A DNA stretch of 55,011 bases from Nemertoderma westbladi (GCA_032718475.1 JAUCBJ010008434.1:1-55011); one strand, 5' to 3'. Shown: positions 25,901 to 37,778, counted from the first letter of the stretch. Translations and numbers: made by a program. Notes: a model not told the origin generated them from the sequence alone.

Positions 25901-28132
25901 TCCTCGAGCAGAGTTAAAAGCGGCTCTATACACTACAGCCATCGGCCGGAATGTAACAGAACAGATCGACTATCCCCTGGAGAAAACTGTCTATTGGACC
26001 GACGCTTTACTCGTGTTGGAGTATATAACCAATGAAGTCTGTCAGTTCAGCGTCTTCGTTACCAACAGAGTAGCTATTATACTCAGTCGCACGACGATGG
26101 ATCAATGGAGACATTGCCCCGGAACGATTAATCCAGCAGACATCGCTTCCAGGGGAGCAACTCCACAAGAACTGGTAGATACTCCAGACTGGTTAGGTGG
26201 ACCCGACTTCCTCTACCAAGAAGAAGAAGAATGGCTTCCTCATCTTACTACAGCAGAAATTAGACAGGCCAAGGGAGCGGAGAAAGTCAAGCCTAAAACT
26301 CAGGCGAGTAAATCGAAGTTATTCAAACCCCCAGTAGATCTGTCTGTACTACATACTTCCGGAGACGACGCTTTGGATCAGAAACCCACAGCCACAAATA
26401 AACCCATTGTGGAAATCCGTGATAAGGATTGAAAATCTGGTATACCAGACGTCTCGTAAGGACTCTCACCTCTTCTGCAGAGAGCGATGCATCACTACAG
26501 TTCCTGGAATCGGCTTTGTAAGGCCGTTACATATTTAAAGAGATGTTTTCACCATCACTACTCTGGGATGAAAACAAAGGGTGATACCGCTCCAATCACA
26601 TCAGTGCAGGTCCATGTTATTAAAGACCTTCCTAAATATAAGGTACCCGACAAGTTTCTGAAGGAGAAGATCAGTTATCAGGAGCATGAAGAAACCAACA
26701 AACAGATGCTGAGACTCTTACAATGCTATGAAGATTCCGATAAGTATTTCCTGTTGTTGAGAAATCCACAGATGCGCTTAAGGGATCGTTTCTCTAGCAC
26801 AATGATAGATGGGTTGATACGTGTTGGAGGAAGGTTAACGAATGCCCCATTATCCTTTGATACTAAGTTCCCCATACTCATTAGAAATCTTGAAATACAA
26901 GTCAAGATGATTGTAGATGTTCATAGCAAACTTTATCATGCTGGTAGAGAACGAGTTCTTAGCGAAATTCGAACTCGCTATTATTTTTATAAACCCCGTA
27001 GAGCTCTGAACCAAGTTCTTAGGAACTGTATACCCTGTAGGAGAGCATTCAGTAGGCCTTTAACACAGAGAGAGGCAGAATTACCTAGGGAACGAGTAAG
27101 CTTTTATGAACCACCCTTTACTAATACCGGTGTGGATTTATTTGGCCCTATTGAAGTATATCGTGCTAGGACTATAGTCAAGAGATGGTGTGTAATCTTT
27201 GTTTGTATGACTTGTAGAGCCATCCATCTCGATATGGTGAACGATTTATCTACCAACAGCTTTCTATTAAGCTTACGACGACAAATGCTCGCTTTGGCAC
27301 TAGTAACACGATGAGATCTGATAAGGGAACCAACTTCATTGGTGCCAACAATGAAATCAAAGCTTACGTCAAAGATTGGAACCAAAGACAGGTGGACGAC
27401 CAACTACGAGTAACAGCGTCTAGTTGGACCTTCAACGCCGCCGACGCCCCTTGGTGGGGAGGAAGTTGGGAGAGATTAATAAGAAGTGTGAAGACGGCAT
27501 TTCATTTCATAGTGCCTTGCCGCGCTTATCTCACCGACGAACTTTTGCGGACGTTAATGGAAGAAATCGCCGCCTATCTCAACGAGAGACCGCTTATGCC
27601 AGTCTCATCGAGTCCCGATTCCCTGGAAGCGCTAACACCTGCGCACTTCCTACTGAAGAAACCTGTAGCCATGCTCCCACAATCGGAAATCACAGACGGA
27701 GACGAATACTGCCGACAAACTTGGCAACTCATGCAGTTGTTATCCCGTCGTTTCGCTGACCATTTCGAAAAACATTATCTGCCCACGCTACAACTTCGAA
27801 CTAAGTGGTTTGCGCAGCAAGAAAACGTCAGCGCTGGAGACATGGTGCTTATTGTGGATGTGGATCTTCCACGTAAGCGGTGGCAGACAGGTCGTATAAT
27901 CGAGACGCACATCTCGGATGACGGTTTGGTGCGATCGGTAGAACTCGTCGTCATGCGACGTAACTTCTAGAAACCGGGAATTGTCTTCGAGACGCAGCAG
28001 CTCAATCGCCCAGTGGGACGTTTATGTTTACTGGAAAGAGACAGAGAACTCTCCGGAAACTATGGGAGACAAGATACTCTTCCCACGACCACCTCCCTAA
28101 TCCAACAAACATCTAGGGACTCCCTAACTTAA
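19946..28132 (+). pseudogene. BEL/Pao gag-pol polyprotein, disrupted
   Basis: Ala/Glu/Lys coiled-coil repeats (21150-21390), DUF1759-like KFNGDEMKWLPF, three Zn knuckles, protease ALLDSGS, RT YMDD, RNase H HVFGDAS/PRAEL, integrase GVDLFGP, SDKGTNF, WERLIRSVK, terminal RPVGRLCLLE. In-frame stops at 20186, 26430 and 27968; frame changes near 20830-20947 and near 27300. Confidence 0.93.
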
Positions 28133-29763
28133 CAACGGCTGGAGTGGGTGTGTGACCATATTACTTTATATTTGTATTTGTTTTATTTTTATATTTATGT
28201 ATGTATTATTATGTAATTTTATTTTAATCGTTTTATTTAATTTTATTTAGTAGTATGGTATTTTAGAGATTATTTAGTAGATTAGTGCAATATATATTCG
28301 CGTTTATTATTTAATTACGTATATTATATATTTAGTGCGACGGCGAGAAATAATTCTTTTTCTCTTTCCTTACTGCCCGTATTACATTATCAATACGTGA
28401 CTACAGTAAGATGAAATCTTCGTACTTATTAAAGTACAATAAAGCCACTACTATATTCAAGTATTATTGGTAGGCAGAGTATTAGGAATGCAAAGTTCAG
28501 ATCCTCGTGTCTCGGCTAAACCAAGCTCTGGGTAGACCTTGGAAACGACTTGCCTCTTCACACTGACATTGCTTCGTGCGATATTGCTCTCATAAAACCG
28601 TATATTAAATAATACATATAGTAGCGTGATGTCCCTTTAACAGTAGCGTATAACGCAAAATAAATCTGTTAAACCCTTTGACCATCTGTAATTCTAGTCG
28701 ATTAAGATATCGCGGCACCCACCGATATACTTGAAAGACAAATTTCTAGAATCAATGGTTAACGTCCCCAGACAAGTTCTGGAATAAACTGGTGCCCATC
28801 CTAAATATTAATTATTAATATTTACAAAAATCTGTCAAATATCAGATCCTTAAAATTCTAGTCGATTAAGATATCGTAGCACTTACCGATATTCTTAAAA
28901 GGACAAAATTTCTAGAATCAAGGATCCCAGTCCCCAGACACGTTCTGGAATAAAATTGTGTCTATTTAACATTAAATAATAAAATTTACGGGAATAAATT
29001 TAAATTCAGATATTTCAATGAATTTAATAAATTGTCATTTTATACAATTTATAACATTCCCAAAATTCCATTAATTAATAGATCATGGGAGCGGAGATTC
29101 ACTATATTAAGTGTATTTGTGTGCGAGAATCTCCAATGTATAGTCAATAGCCGATAAAATTCATAGAATCATGTATAAAGGGGATATTGACCATTAAAGA
29201 ATTACTATTAAATAGCATCCCAGATCTGTATGCATGAGAATTACCCTAATTCTACCGCTAGCTTTCCATAATGTCACCATGGCAACAACCATGCTAGAAT
29301 TAGAAGTGAGTTAAAAGAACAATAACAGGCTTGCCCATTGAATAGCATACGGAATAAATAGCACACCGCTAGTATCTAAAGATACATAATAACAACGTGA
29401 CATTCTGGAAGGCACTTGACTAACGGACAAATGACCCGAATGTGTGATAGAATGTGTACAATTTGTGACAGTTACGTGGAATTTGTGCGTTTGTAGGTGA
29501 ATGTTACTACTAAGGTGTGTTTACAGTAGCGAGTCGCAATTGTGAAAGTAACCCTAACTCTCCAGTAAGAACCCGAAGTATATCTAAGCCTTTGGGACGG
29601 ACGGTGGAGTGGCTCGTGCTGGTTGTTGTAGTCGTTGTGCAGCTACGACGTTGGCGATAGGCACATCGGCGAAAGTACACCAGCGCTGAGGATCTTGCAC
29701 TGTCCGGGGGCAGAGAGGGGTAGGCAGCGACGCCCGCTCGCCTAAATATAAACTCATTATAAT

Positions 29764-31971
29764 ATGGATAAACTCATAGCAGATATGACTGAGTTGATAG
29801 AAGATGATCTTGGCATCAGGGAGCGATATACTCTACCTTTACAAGCGTTTGTCGATAGCTTGATATGCGGCGACGCTGGTCCAACTACTACGGAGGATGA
29901 TGGTCATTATATCGAACCGCCAATGTCCCCGGAGCAACTTACGCGTGAATTGGACTATAGAAAGTTCACCGCTCGCTATACGCATCGTAATGGTACGTAT
30001 ATGGACTTCTTAACTACCGGCCACCCTATCGATTTACCCGATACGGACGATGTGGATACCGAAAGGGAAATGGTTTTATTTAAATATCATACCCAACGGA
30101 ATCGGAATGATAAGCCAAGAATAGAACACGAGAACTCTATTCGAAACAGACTCGAAAGAGAAGACGTTGAAGAGCCGGATAAACGCAACGACTTCAACGA
30201 TTATCTGGAATTCTTGAGAGAAACATACCTCAATATTGCCAGTCAACAAAATCTCGAAACTCGATATCCTCAAGGTATACATCATGATCCTATGATAGAA
30301 CTCAAACGACTCTATTTCACTATGATGTATCTTACCGCCGATCGACCGCTACCTGTTGTCCCAGATAGCTTCGAACAGATGGAGGAATATTGTAAAACTG
30401 GAGAACGATCACCCGCGTTTCCTCTGCAGGACATGCGTCTTTGGTATTACTGTGACGAATGCCCTAGACCCAATCAGCAAACGGAAAGACATAAACATCC
30501 GCGGAGACGTTGCGCTAAACACAGTTTTACACGATATACTTACGGGAGTTTCGAGCGAAACCTGTTCGACGTGTCCCCTGCGGTCGCTCGACTCAAGCGA
30601 TCCTTGAACAAACCGATGATCAGAGTTCCGGAATACTCGGTCAGACCTCCGCATTCCTCAGTTAGACCTCAAACTCTTGACCCTAATAGTATCACGGATC
30701 CTCCCGAACTGTACTCACTGTTCAAAGATCTAGTGTTACCCGAACAATTGATCTGTGGCACTCCGGTAGTAGGCTCACGAGACATTCGCCAACCCTACCT
30801 AGCTGGATTGGGACGTGGTCATCTAATATCACCGTTTAACCCATACAACCGTCCCGGCTTCACCTCTATCCAACCCGTTACGGAAGTCGAAGAGAGCGTC
30901 GTACGAAATGCATTAGACGCTATTCGGCAGAAAATCGGAAAAGGAACGTACGATTGTTTGGAGAAGCGTAAATTGCAGCAACAAGTCCAAGCGGTGAAGG
31001 AATTAGCTTTACCCCAGTTCGATAGAGAAATACAAAATCTCGAGGAGGACATCGAACGTGGACGAACCTACTCTTTGCAAGAGTTTCTAGATGAGCGTCT
31101 ACAACAACAAGCGGAGGAGAATCAGCTCGAGGAGAGACATATAGAACTGGATGAGAGAGAAGAAGCGGCTTTAGCTCAACCCGAAGCACAAATCCTTATG
31201 ACGGATCTCTACTCTAAAACCATTCTTCATCCCTCGATGGTTCCCCATTTCGGAGACAAACTTTTTGCGACGGCACAACCCCAACCGGTTGATATCAACT
31301 TAAGATCTCGAGATCTTATCGCCGACGCTCCTCTGTTGCAGCGTCCGCCCATCGAACCCGCTCGTGTCGATGGTATACTCGTTGAACCTCCGGACAATAG
31401 AGCAGATCTTGTCCGTCGCATGGTACACGATGTAAACATACGCGCTAGACCTTTACCGGACTCGTTTTATGGGATCAAAGATCACCCTTATTACGTCAAT
31501 CCTAACGATATTACTTCATACCATTTGATCAATTATATCCGTCAAGACCCTGAGTATGGCGATTTATTTATCAACTCGCACCCTGAGTTACAGGAAGTAT
31601 CTCGACGGCCCTACGAATATCGAGCCCGAGAACGCGAGCTGGAAAGAACTATTAAACCAAGGAAGTTTCTCACCACTCACGGTCCGCCTACCGCCATTGC
31701 CCAGACAACCCGTCAAGGACCCGTAGGAGCTGCTGTCCTGAGGCGCGCCCTAAAGGCTGTTAGACCTCGCTCCACGGAAGTTGATATCGATCAACCAGGT
31801 ACCTCGACCGGCGGATACACCGATCGCAATCCGAAACCTTCTGATGCAATTGTATTGCACCCTTCACCCAGAAGTTACAGCCCTCCTAGTAAAGTGGCTC
31901 GCCCCAAAGAGAAAAGGACTCTTGCTAGCCTCAAAAAACTGCGTAAACGCCGTCCGCGTAAGAAAGACTAA
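29764..31971 (+). CDS. Extra ORF (735 aa) of the BEL element, unknown function
   Basis: Uninterrupted 2.2-kb ORF between pol and the 3' LTR; CDEC...HKH...CAKH putative Zn site, acidic coiled coil, basic C-terminus KKLRKRRPRKKD; no signal peptide or TM segment visible. Confidence 0.85.
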   Translation: MDKLIADMTELIEDDLGIRERYTLPLQAFVDSLICGDAGPTTTEDDGHYIEPPMSPEQLTRELDYRKFTARYTHRNGTYMDFLTTGHPIDLPDTDDVDTEREMVLFKYHTQRNRNDKPRIEHENSIRNRLEREDVEEPDKRNDFNDYLEFLRETYLNIASQQNLETRYPQGIHHDPMIELKRLYFTMMYLTADRPLPVVPDSFEQMEEYCKTGERSPAFPLQDMRLWYYCDECPRPNQQTERHKHPRRRCAKHSFTRYTYGSFERNLFDVSPAVARLKRSLNKPMIRVPEYSVRPPHSSVRPQTLDPNSITDPPELYSLFKDLVLPEQLICGTPVVGSRDIRQPYLAGLGRGHLISPFNPYNRPGFTSIQPVTEVEESVVRNALDAIRQKIGKGTYDCLEKRKLQQQVQAVKELALPQFDREIQNLEEDIERGRTYSLQEFLDERLQQQAEENQLEERHIELDEREEAALAQPEAQILMTDLYSKTILHPSMVPHFGDKLFATAQPQPVDINLRSRDLIADAPLLQRPPIEPARVDGILVEPPDNRADLVRRMVHDVNIRARPLPDSFYGIKDHPYYVNPNDITSYHLINYIRQDPEYGDLFINSHPELQEVSRRPYEYRARERELERTIKPRKFLTTHGPPTAIAQTTRQGPVGAAVLRRALKAVRPRSTEVDIDQPGTSTGGYTDRNPKPSDAIVLHPSPRSYSPPSKVARPKEKRTLASLKKLRKRRPRKKD

Positions 31972-32049
31972 CTGTTTAGAGTATTTTTATATTTTAGAAA
32001 CTGTGATTTGTTATATTTTATAGACTTAAATCCCATTTTCTGGGAGCGG

Positions 32050-33191
32050 TGTAAAAGCTTTTGCGTCATTAACCGGTTATTTTCCCTTAAAGTACTCTGT
32101 AGTTGGTTTACCAGGCATAAAAAGGCCGTGTCCTTGCTGTACTGGTGTTTTAGAGGACATAAAAGTCATTTCTTCTGTATTTGTACTTTAGAGGACATAA
32201 TCCGCAATCTCGTGACGCGATAAGCTAGATACTCTTGAAAACAGTGTCGCTACCATGACGACGGCTAGCAGCTGATATTGCCACGTCGACATTTCTTTGT
32301 TTCTTTGTTCTCTCGTTGTTCGGTTGACCAATCAGAGCGTTTTTTGTCTCTGTGTTGGAGGTGGATACAGAACTCAGTAGTTCAGTGTTATGTTTTTGCC
32401 CAGAGCCTAAGAACACCGGCTTTTGGCACCTCCGTGTTTCAGTCTTTAGTCTTACATTAGTAGGCTTAATTATAGAACGTATATCTGTTATCTACTCACT
32501 TATTCACTCACTATCCATAAATTACTAATATTACTGCTTTTACTGTCGGTTATTCATTATATTGGTTGATGAAATATTATATCGGAATACTGATCAATAG
32601 TCAGATACCCCACCTTCTTGATATACTAAAGGTTAGAGAGACCGGTTACAAATAAACGATTGCGACCTATGTTAAGTGGTTTGAAGTGAATCTAATGCTA
32701 TTTCATATGCCCGACATAAATTATATGTTGCTCTCTTTATACGTGACCAAATTTAGTGAAGGTCGGCAGATTAGTGTGCAGTATTGTGCAGCATTGTGTA
32801 TGAGTGTAACTGATAACAAAGCATCTCCTAAAGAATGCGCCATATACGTGAATCTATAGCCTTTTCGTTGTGTCTAGTTTAAGTCATAACTCTGTTTACA
32901 TATTTAGAGCGCCACGTCCTAAAGGAACTGTTAATATTTCCCGAAAGTGAATAATATTTGTCAGAGATTATATATTACGATCAGTCGAATAATACAGTAG
33001 GCTTACACCATCAATCATTAAGCTCCGAACTCAGTCTCCCGGGTATATCCAACGGGTGAATGATTGCGCATAGACTGGCTTCGGCTAATGTAGTGTATCA
33101 AATACTCGTCATAGGCTAAAGACTATCTATCATCCAAAAGACATTCTAATTTTGGCAGGTTAAACTGTCAAAGGTCTTAAAAGCGCAGACA
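32050..33191 (+). repeat. 3' LTR of the BEL/Pao element
   Basis: Copy of 16619-17760, preceded by the short purine tract GGGAGCGG. Confidence 0.97.
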
Positions 33192-33270
33192 AACTATGGA
33201 GAATCGGGAAGCCTGGAAGGATCTCATTTCCACTGTCCGAGTTCGCTCCACCTAGTAGTAGTAGTAGTAA
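33192..33270 (+). mobile_element. 3' end of the interrupted RTE element
   Basis: Continues the RTE frame MENREAWKDLISTVRVRST* and ends in a (TAG)n tail. Confidence 0.88.
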
Positions 33271-34146
33271 CTTCCCCCAATATTTTGCGGCCTATAGGTA
33301 TGTAACCTCGCCAATCGAGATTTATCTTCCTCAAAATTAAAAAATCTGGAATTCTTCACATGGGCGCCTGTGGAAATATTTTATACTAAAACACATAAAT
33401 ATATTACACATAAGGGCCTACAGCAATCCCAAGTCTGTTATGTGAAAAAATCTTCGCTACCATTACTGGAAATTATTACGTTTCCGGTTGTACCTCTTTA
33501 CCTTTACTTTACCTCTTGTATCATTAAATTTTTGATTCAGTTGCGGACCAACGCTGTGCAGCGCCCAGTGGCAAATCGAACTAAAGTTAAAGTTGAAGTA
33601 AATTTTTTTTGTGTCCCTCTAGCGGCGAGTGACGGAATTATATATTTCACTAAAAACACTACAGTCTATGTCCCTTAATATATATCGAATTTTTTTGAAA
33701 CCAATTTTTTTGACTCAGCACCTTCGTTTCTACAAAAATTATCCAGCCGATTTTATAAATTATTAATTTTTAAGTAAATTAATTAAATTTATTAATTAAA
33801 ATTAATTAAAATTTTCAATATTATTAAAAAAATTTTTTTTTCAAAAAAGTGTTGGATAATTTTTCAAGATGTTCAAAAAACCTTTCAAACGAGCCATAAA
33901 TTATCGAATTTGGGTGAAAAACAGCGGAGGAGTAGTATTTTGAAAAATGGAAATATCGTGAAATGTAATTCTGAGATAATTTGCTTTAAAATTTGAACCT
34001 TCCCGCTCAAACCTGACTGTCTGTAGTCTGTTAATCGGTCAGTAGTGTTTGACACTATGGCTTCATACCAACTCACTAAAATTATCAATATGGGGGTTTT
34101 CGGGGTCGGTGATTTCATTTCTGATGTTTTCTGATGTTTGTTTGTA

Positions 34147-34300
34147 TCTGACAGCATGTCTGTCTGACAGCATGTCTGTCTGACAGCATGTCTGTCTGAC
34201 AGCATGTCTGTCTGACAGCATGTCTGTCTGACAGCATGTCTGTCTGACAGCATGTCTGTCTGACAGCATGTCTGTCTGACAGCATGTCTATCTGTCTGTC
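34147..34300 (+). repeat. 16-bp tandem repeat, about 9 copies
   Basis: (CTGACAGCATGTCTGT)n. Confidence 0.95.
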
Positions 34301-35247
34301 TTCTAAATTTTGACGATAAACTGAAAGACAGCGATAACTCGAAAACTAAAAAAGATCTCGCCAAACCGTTTCAAGATTTGAACTCCCCATTAGATTCTGC
34401 ATCAGATGAAATAGAAAACCAAAAATGTGAAAATTTTACCCAAGGAGGGGGTACCCCCCCCCCCCCCCCCCTTAAAGATAATCATTAAACTGTTAAATAA
34501 ATATAATAACCCCCCTACATCAGGTTCTTATCTCAAGTGATATTTCGGCTCTTTACGTCACAACAAGTTTATCAATAAATATATGAATTTCAATAAAATT
34601 TCAAGTTTGAGTGCAAAAACGCATTATATTATTTATTTCATAACATTTCTGCACCCCCTTAGTACTCTGCCCCCCCCCCCCCCCCCCCCTGATATTTACA
34701 CCCCAACCGAATTTTTTTAAAGGTCACATCTGCTATTCCCCCACACCCACAAGCCACAAAGAGACACACAGCAGCAGCACTCAATGCTACTTTACTTACT
34801 ATACTTGGTAACCTTCTACAGCAACCACAATTTTAATTTATATATAAAATTACAGTAATTTATACAATTAGACTGTGCAATTAATACAACAGTATACAAC
34901 TGTCTGACAGTTTACATAGTACCAGTACGCAGTAGGGTGTCCAGTATTTTATCTTAAATATAATTATTATCAGGTTATTCTTGTTATTGCATTTGCATAT
35001 TGTATTACAGGAATATTGATTCCGGGCCGGTTAATGGAAAGGCATTGAACCCAAGCTTGATTAGTGCATTACATATTCCCGTACTCGCTTACTAACTATA
35101 CTGCTATAACTGTAACACTGTTAAGCGGTCAACCTTAAAATCGGAGTACAGAGTAGGCCTGCCGCTAGAGCGCTACCGGTACCTTAGACAGTACGAAAAG
35201 AAGCAATAAATATCAATCAATCAACTTATTGACATGAGAATACTGCC

Positions 35248-35547
35248 ATGGGGCGTTTTGATATTGTGGATCGATTCGTAAAGATAGTAAAAAACAACCC
35301 AATACGCATTCCAGTAGGCATATTCGTGGGATATTGGGTTGGATTCTACGCGTACCAATGGAGCGGTGACTACGGGATGTACAGATCACGTCGCTTCCGA
35401 TACTTTATGCACAAGTACCACCCCGAGAAACTCGAGTACTTCTACTGGGCGCAGGAGCGGGGGGGCGATCGAGACATGCGGGTTAACGATTACGATCAGT
35501 GGTGTCGACGGCCTGAGATACTCGCACTTGAAAAGAACAAATCGTAG
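35248..35547 (+). CDS. CEBPZOS: CEBPZOS-like small single-pass membrane protein (99 aa)
   Basis: An N-terminal hydrophobic helix followed by MxxSxxFRxxMxKxxPxxLExFYxxxExxGxxxxRxxDxxxW, the spacing I recall for vertebrate CEBPZOS; GC-richer than the flanks. Confidence 0.75.
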   Translation: MGRFDIVDRFVKIVKNNPIRIPVGIFVGYWVGFYAYQWSGDYGMYRSRRFRYFMHKYHPEKLEYFYWAQERGGDRDMRVNDYDQWCRRPEILALEKNKS

Positions 35548-35796
35548 TATTGGTAGTCCTAAATACATAATACTGAACCCCGTTCCGGTCTACTACCACC
35601 AATGTCTCTCGATAAACAACTTGCTCCATTCTTAGTTGATGTTATGTCGTTTGCTGTTACTGTGCTGACGTACAGACGTTACGAATGTATCTCACGAAAA
35701 CCCATTCAGCTGTTCAGTGGAAAACGATTTTGAGTGCCGATTCATGAATGTAATACTAAAAATGTATTAGGTACTCCTCATTTAGTCTATTTAGCT

Positions 35797-36007
35797 GGGT
35801 GTAAACGCTACGCCGATAACCACTGCCGGCAACGGAAAATATGAAAATATGTTACCGGAGTTCGCGACTCTCGTTTATTGTTTTGGTTAGAATAACCTTC
35901 CACTGTAACCTGTTCCTTTCCCTAATTAATAAATAACATAAATTAGCTTTAATAAAGGTTGTCGGCGTTGGTTGTCGGCGTTGGTTGTCGGCGTAGCGTT
36001 TACACCC
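35797..36007. mobile_element. Mutator-like MITE
   Basis: TIR GGGTGTAAACGCTACGCCGA / TCGGCGTAGCGTTTACACCC, 9-bp TSD TATTTAGCT; contains one diverged 68-bp repeat unit. Confidence 0.85.
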
Positions 36008-37400
36008 TATTTAGCTTATTGTTTGAGTTTAGAGAACCCCATTCTCTTTAATTTGCTTCACAGTTTTTTTTAGTAAGTTGTAATTATAATTACTCCGGTC
36101 AGGTTAGAGATGCGTTCATTTATTTAAAAGTTAGTCTTAAAATATTTATCGACATAATGCTGATATATAAGCCCTATTATAGATAACCTTTGCACTTTTT
36201 GTAGATGAAGTTTGGTATAAATAAATAAATAGGTACTATGACTCCTGCTTGAATTAATTTGAATATATTTTCCCCTTGAATGTTCAATTCTATTTTAATA
36301 GAGTTTAATTCATACATTTTTATTGTAGTAAAGAATACAGCGTAACGGATCTGTCGGACATGAGCTATGGGTGAACCGGATATACGATCCGGCCGTGGAA
36401 TTTACCAATATCCGGCATTACGGCCGGATATTTTGTGTTATTATTTTATTTTTAATGATATAAATTGAAGGGGAGTGGAAATAATACATATTTTTTATTT
36501 ATTTTTGGGAAAACGTTGAATTCATTAATAATAATAATTAAAAACATTATTAAAACCATTAATATTCAATATAAAAAAACATCACTCAAAACTTCTGTGT
36601 CAGTAATAAACAATTACGGTAATAAAACAAAACTAGAGAAACTTTTTATCTTGTTAAGTAATTAGTAAGGTTATAGTATTATTCAGCCGGATATCCGGCA
36701 ACAATCAAAAAATGATATCCGGTAGATGAGGTACGGACCAGCATTAATACTGGCTTAAGTTTCAGACCCGTGCTGTAACTTTTGATTTCGAGCAAAAATG
36801 ATACTGAAACTTAACCTGAGTTTAGCTGTTACTTTCGCGTAGAAAATGTCCCGAGTAGAAAAGAGAAGCCTACATTCTACGAACATATGTTCAGATTCCA
36901 GAAACCAATTTTGACCAAAATGGACCAAAAAACCAAATTGCCGTTTATGACTGTAATTTTTAGAAGATAAAGCTGGGATGTAAATTAGTTGATCAGTGAT
37001 CATACTCGATAGCGGTGTAATTCACAAAGGTTCAGCAATTTCTAACAGTCATAACTTAATTCGTGAGTTATTATTTTTTTTTTCATATAAATAAAAGGAA
37101 CTAAATTTATTCTTTTACCAGAATGTTCTTGACTCGTATATTATTTACCCTTGGATAGTAAATGGATACCAAGTCCGTGAGCATCAACCTGCAGTTGTCT
37201 TAATGGTTTTATTTTTTAAATTTTAAATTCAATATTATTTATTCATATATTATTGGTTTTGCCTGTGATATCGAAAATAATGTTATTAAAACTCATCAAC
37301 AATACCGTAATCGTAAAGATAAACGTAAACAATAACATCAAACTTATAAACAAGACTAAAAATATATTATATCCAATATAGTATTATTTATATAACAGCA

Positions 37401-37778
37401 CTATTTACACCGTTTTGTATCGGGCCCTTGTGCACCTGGTACATCCAATGCGTCACCGCCCACTCGTTTAGAAACAGAGTTCGCGATGCAAACAGCACCG
37501 GCCACATCTTCTGCGTCGCTATCACTACCAGACAGACTACCTTTAGTCTTTGTATTTACCGTAACAACTTTATTAGTACATTCTCGAGCAAATTTGTCCT
37601 TATTAACCACCTCAGTAAGTTTGTTGTTAACTTCCTCCTGCACAGCGGTTGTGATTTTTATTAACTCCGACAAGTAGGAACCTTCACTACTCGCAAGCGG
37701 TCGAATTATTTCGCAAACACTCGACCCGGAAATAGCCTGAATAGACGCCTTAAAAACTGGACTGCATTCATTGTCCAT
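37401..37778 (-). CDS. GON7: GON7-like KEOPS/EKC complex subunit (125 aa from the first ATG)
   Basis: Helix YLSELIKITTAVQEEVNNKLTEVV resembles the Gon7 core; acidic tract and C-terminal GPDTKRCK resemble human GPSAKRPK. Short, fast-evolving family, so the call is tentative. Confidence 0.62.
   Translation of the reverse strand: MDNECSPVFKASIQAISGSSVCEIIRPLASSEGSYLSELIKITTAVQEEVNNKLTEVVNKDKFARECTNKVVTVNTKTKGSLSGSDSDAEDVAGAVCIANSVSKRVGGDALDVPGAQGPDTKRCK

Larger units (their letters stand above)
16619..33191 (+). mobile_element. Full-length BEL/Pao LTR retrotransposon, 16.6 kb, with an extra ORF
   Basis: TG...CA LTRs of 1142 bp, 5-bp TSD AACTA (16614-16618, 33192-33196); removing the element restores the RTE frame (ATTMENREAW); BEL domain order Gag-PR-RT-RH-IN. 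Confidence 0.96.

Noticed and set aside
29764-31971. Extra ORF as an envelope gene
   Set aside because: No hydrophobic signal or TM segment is visible; the protein is hydrophilic with a basic tail.
33885-34364. 159-aa and 68-aa minus-strand ORFs
   Set aside because: They derive from the 16-bp tandem repeat and have no family motif.
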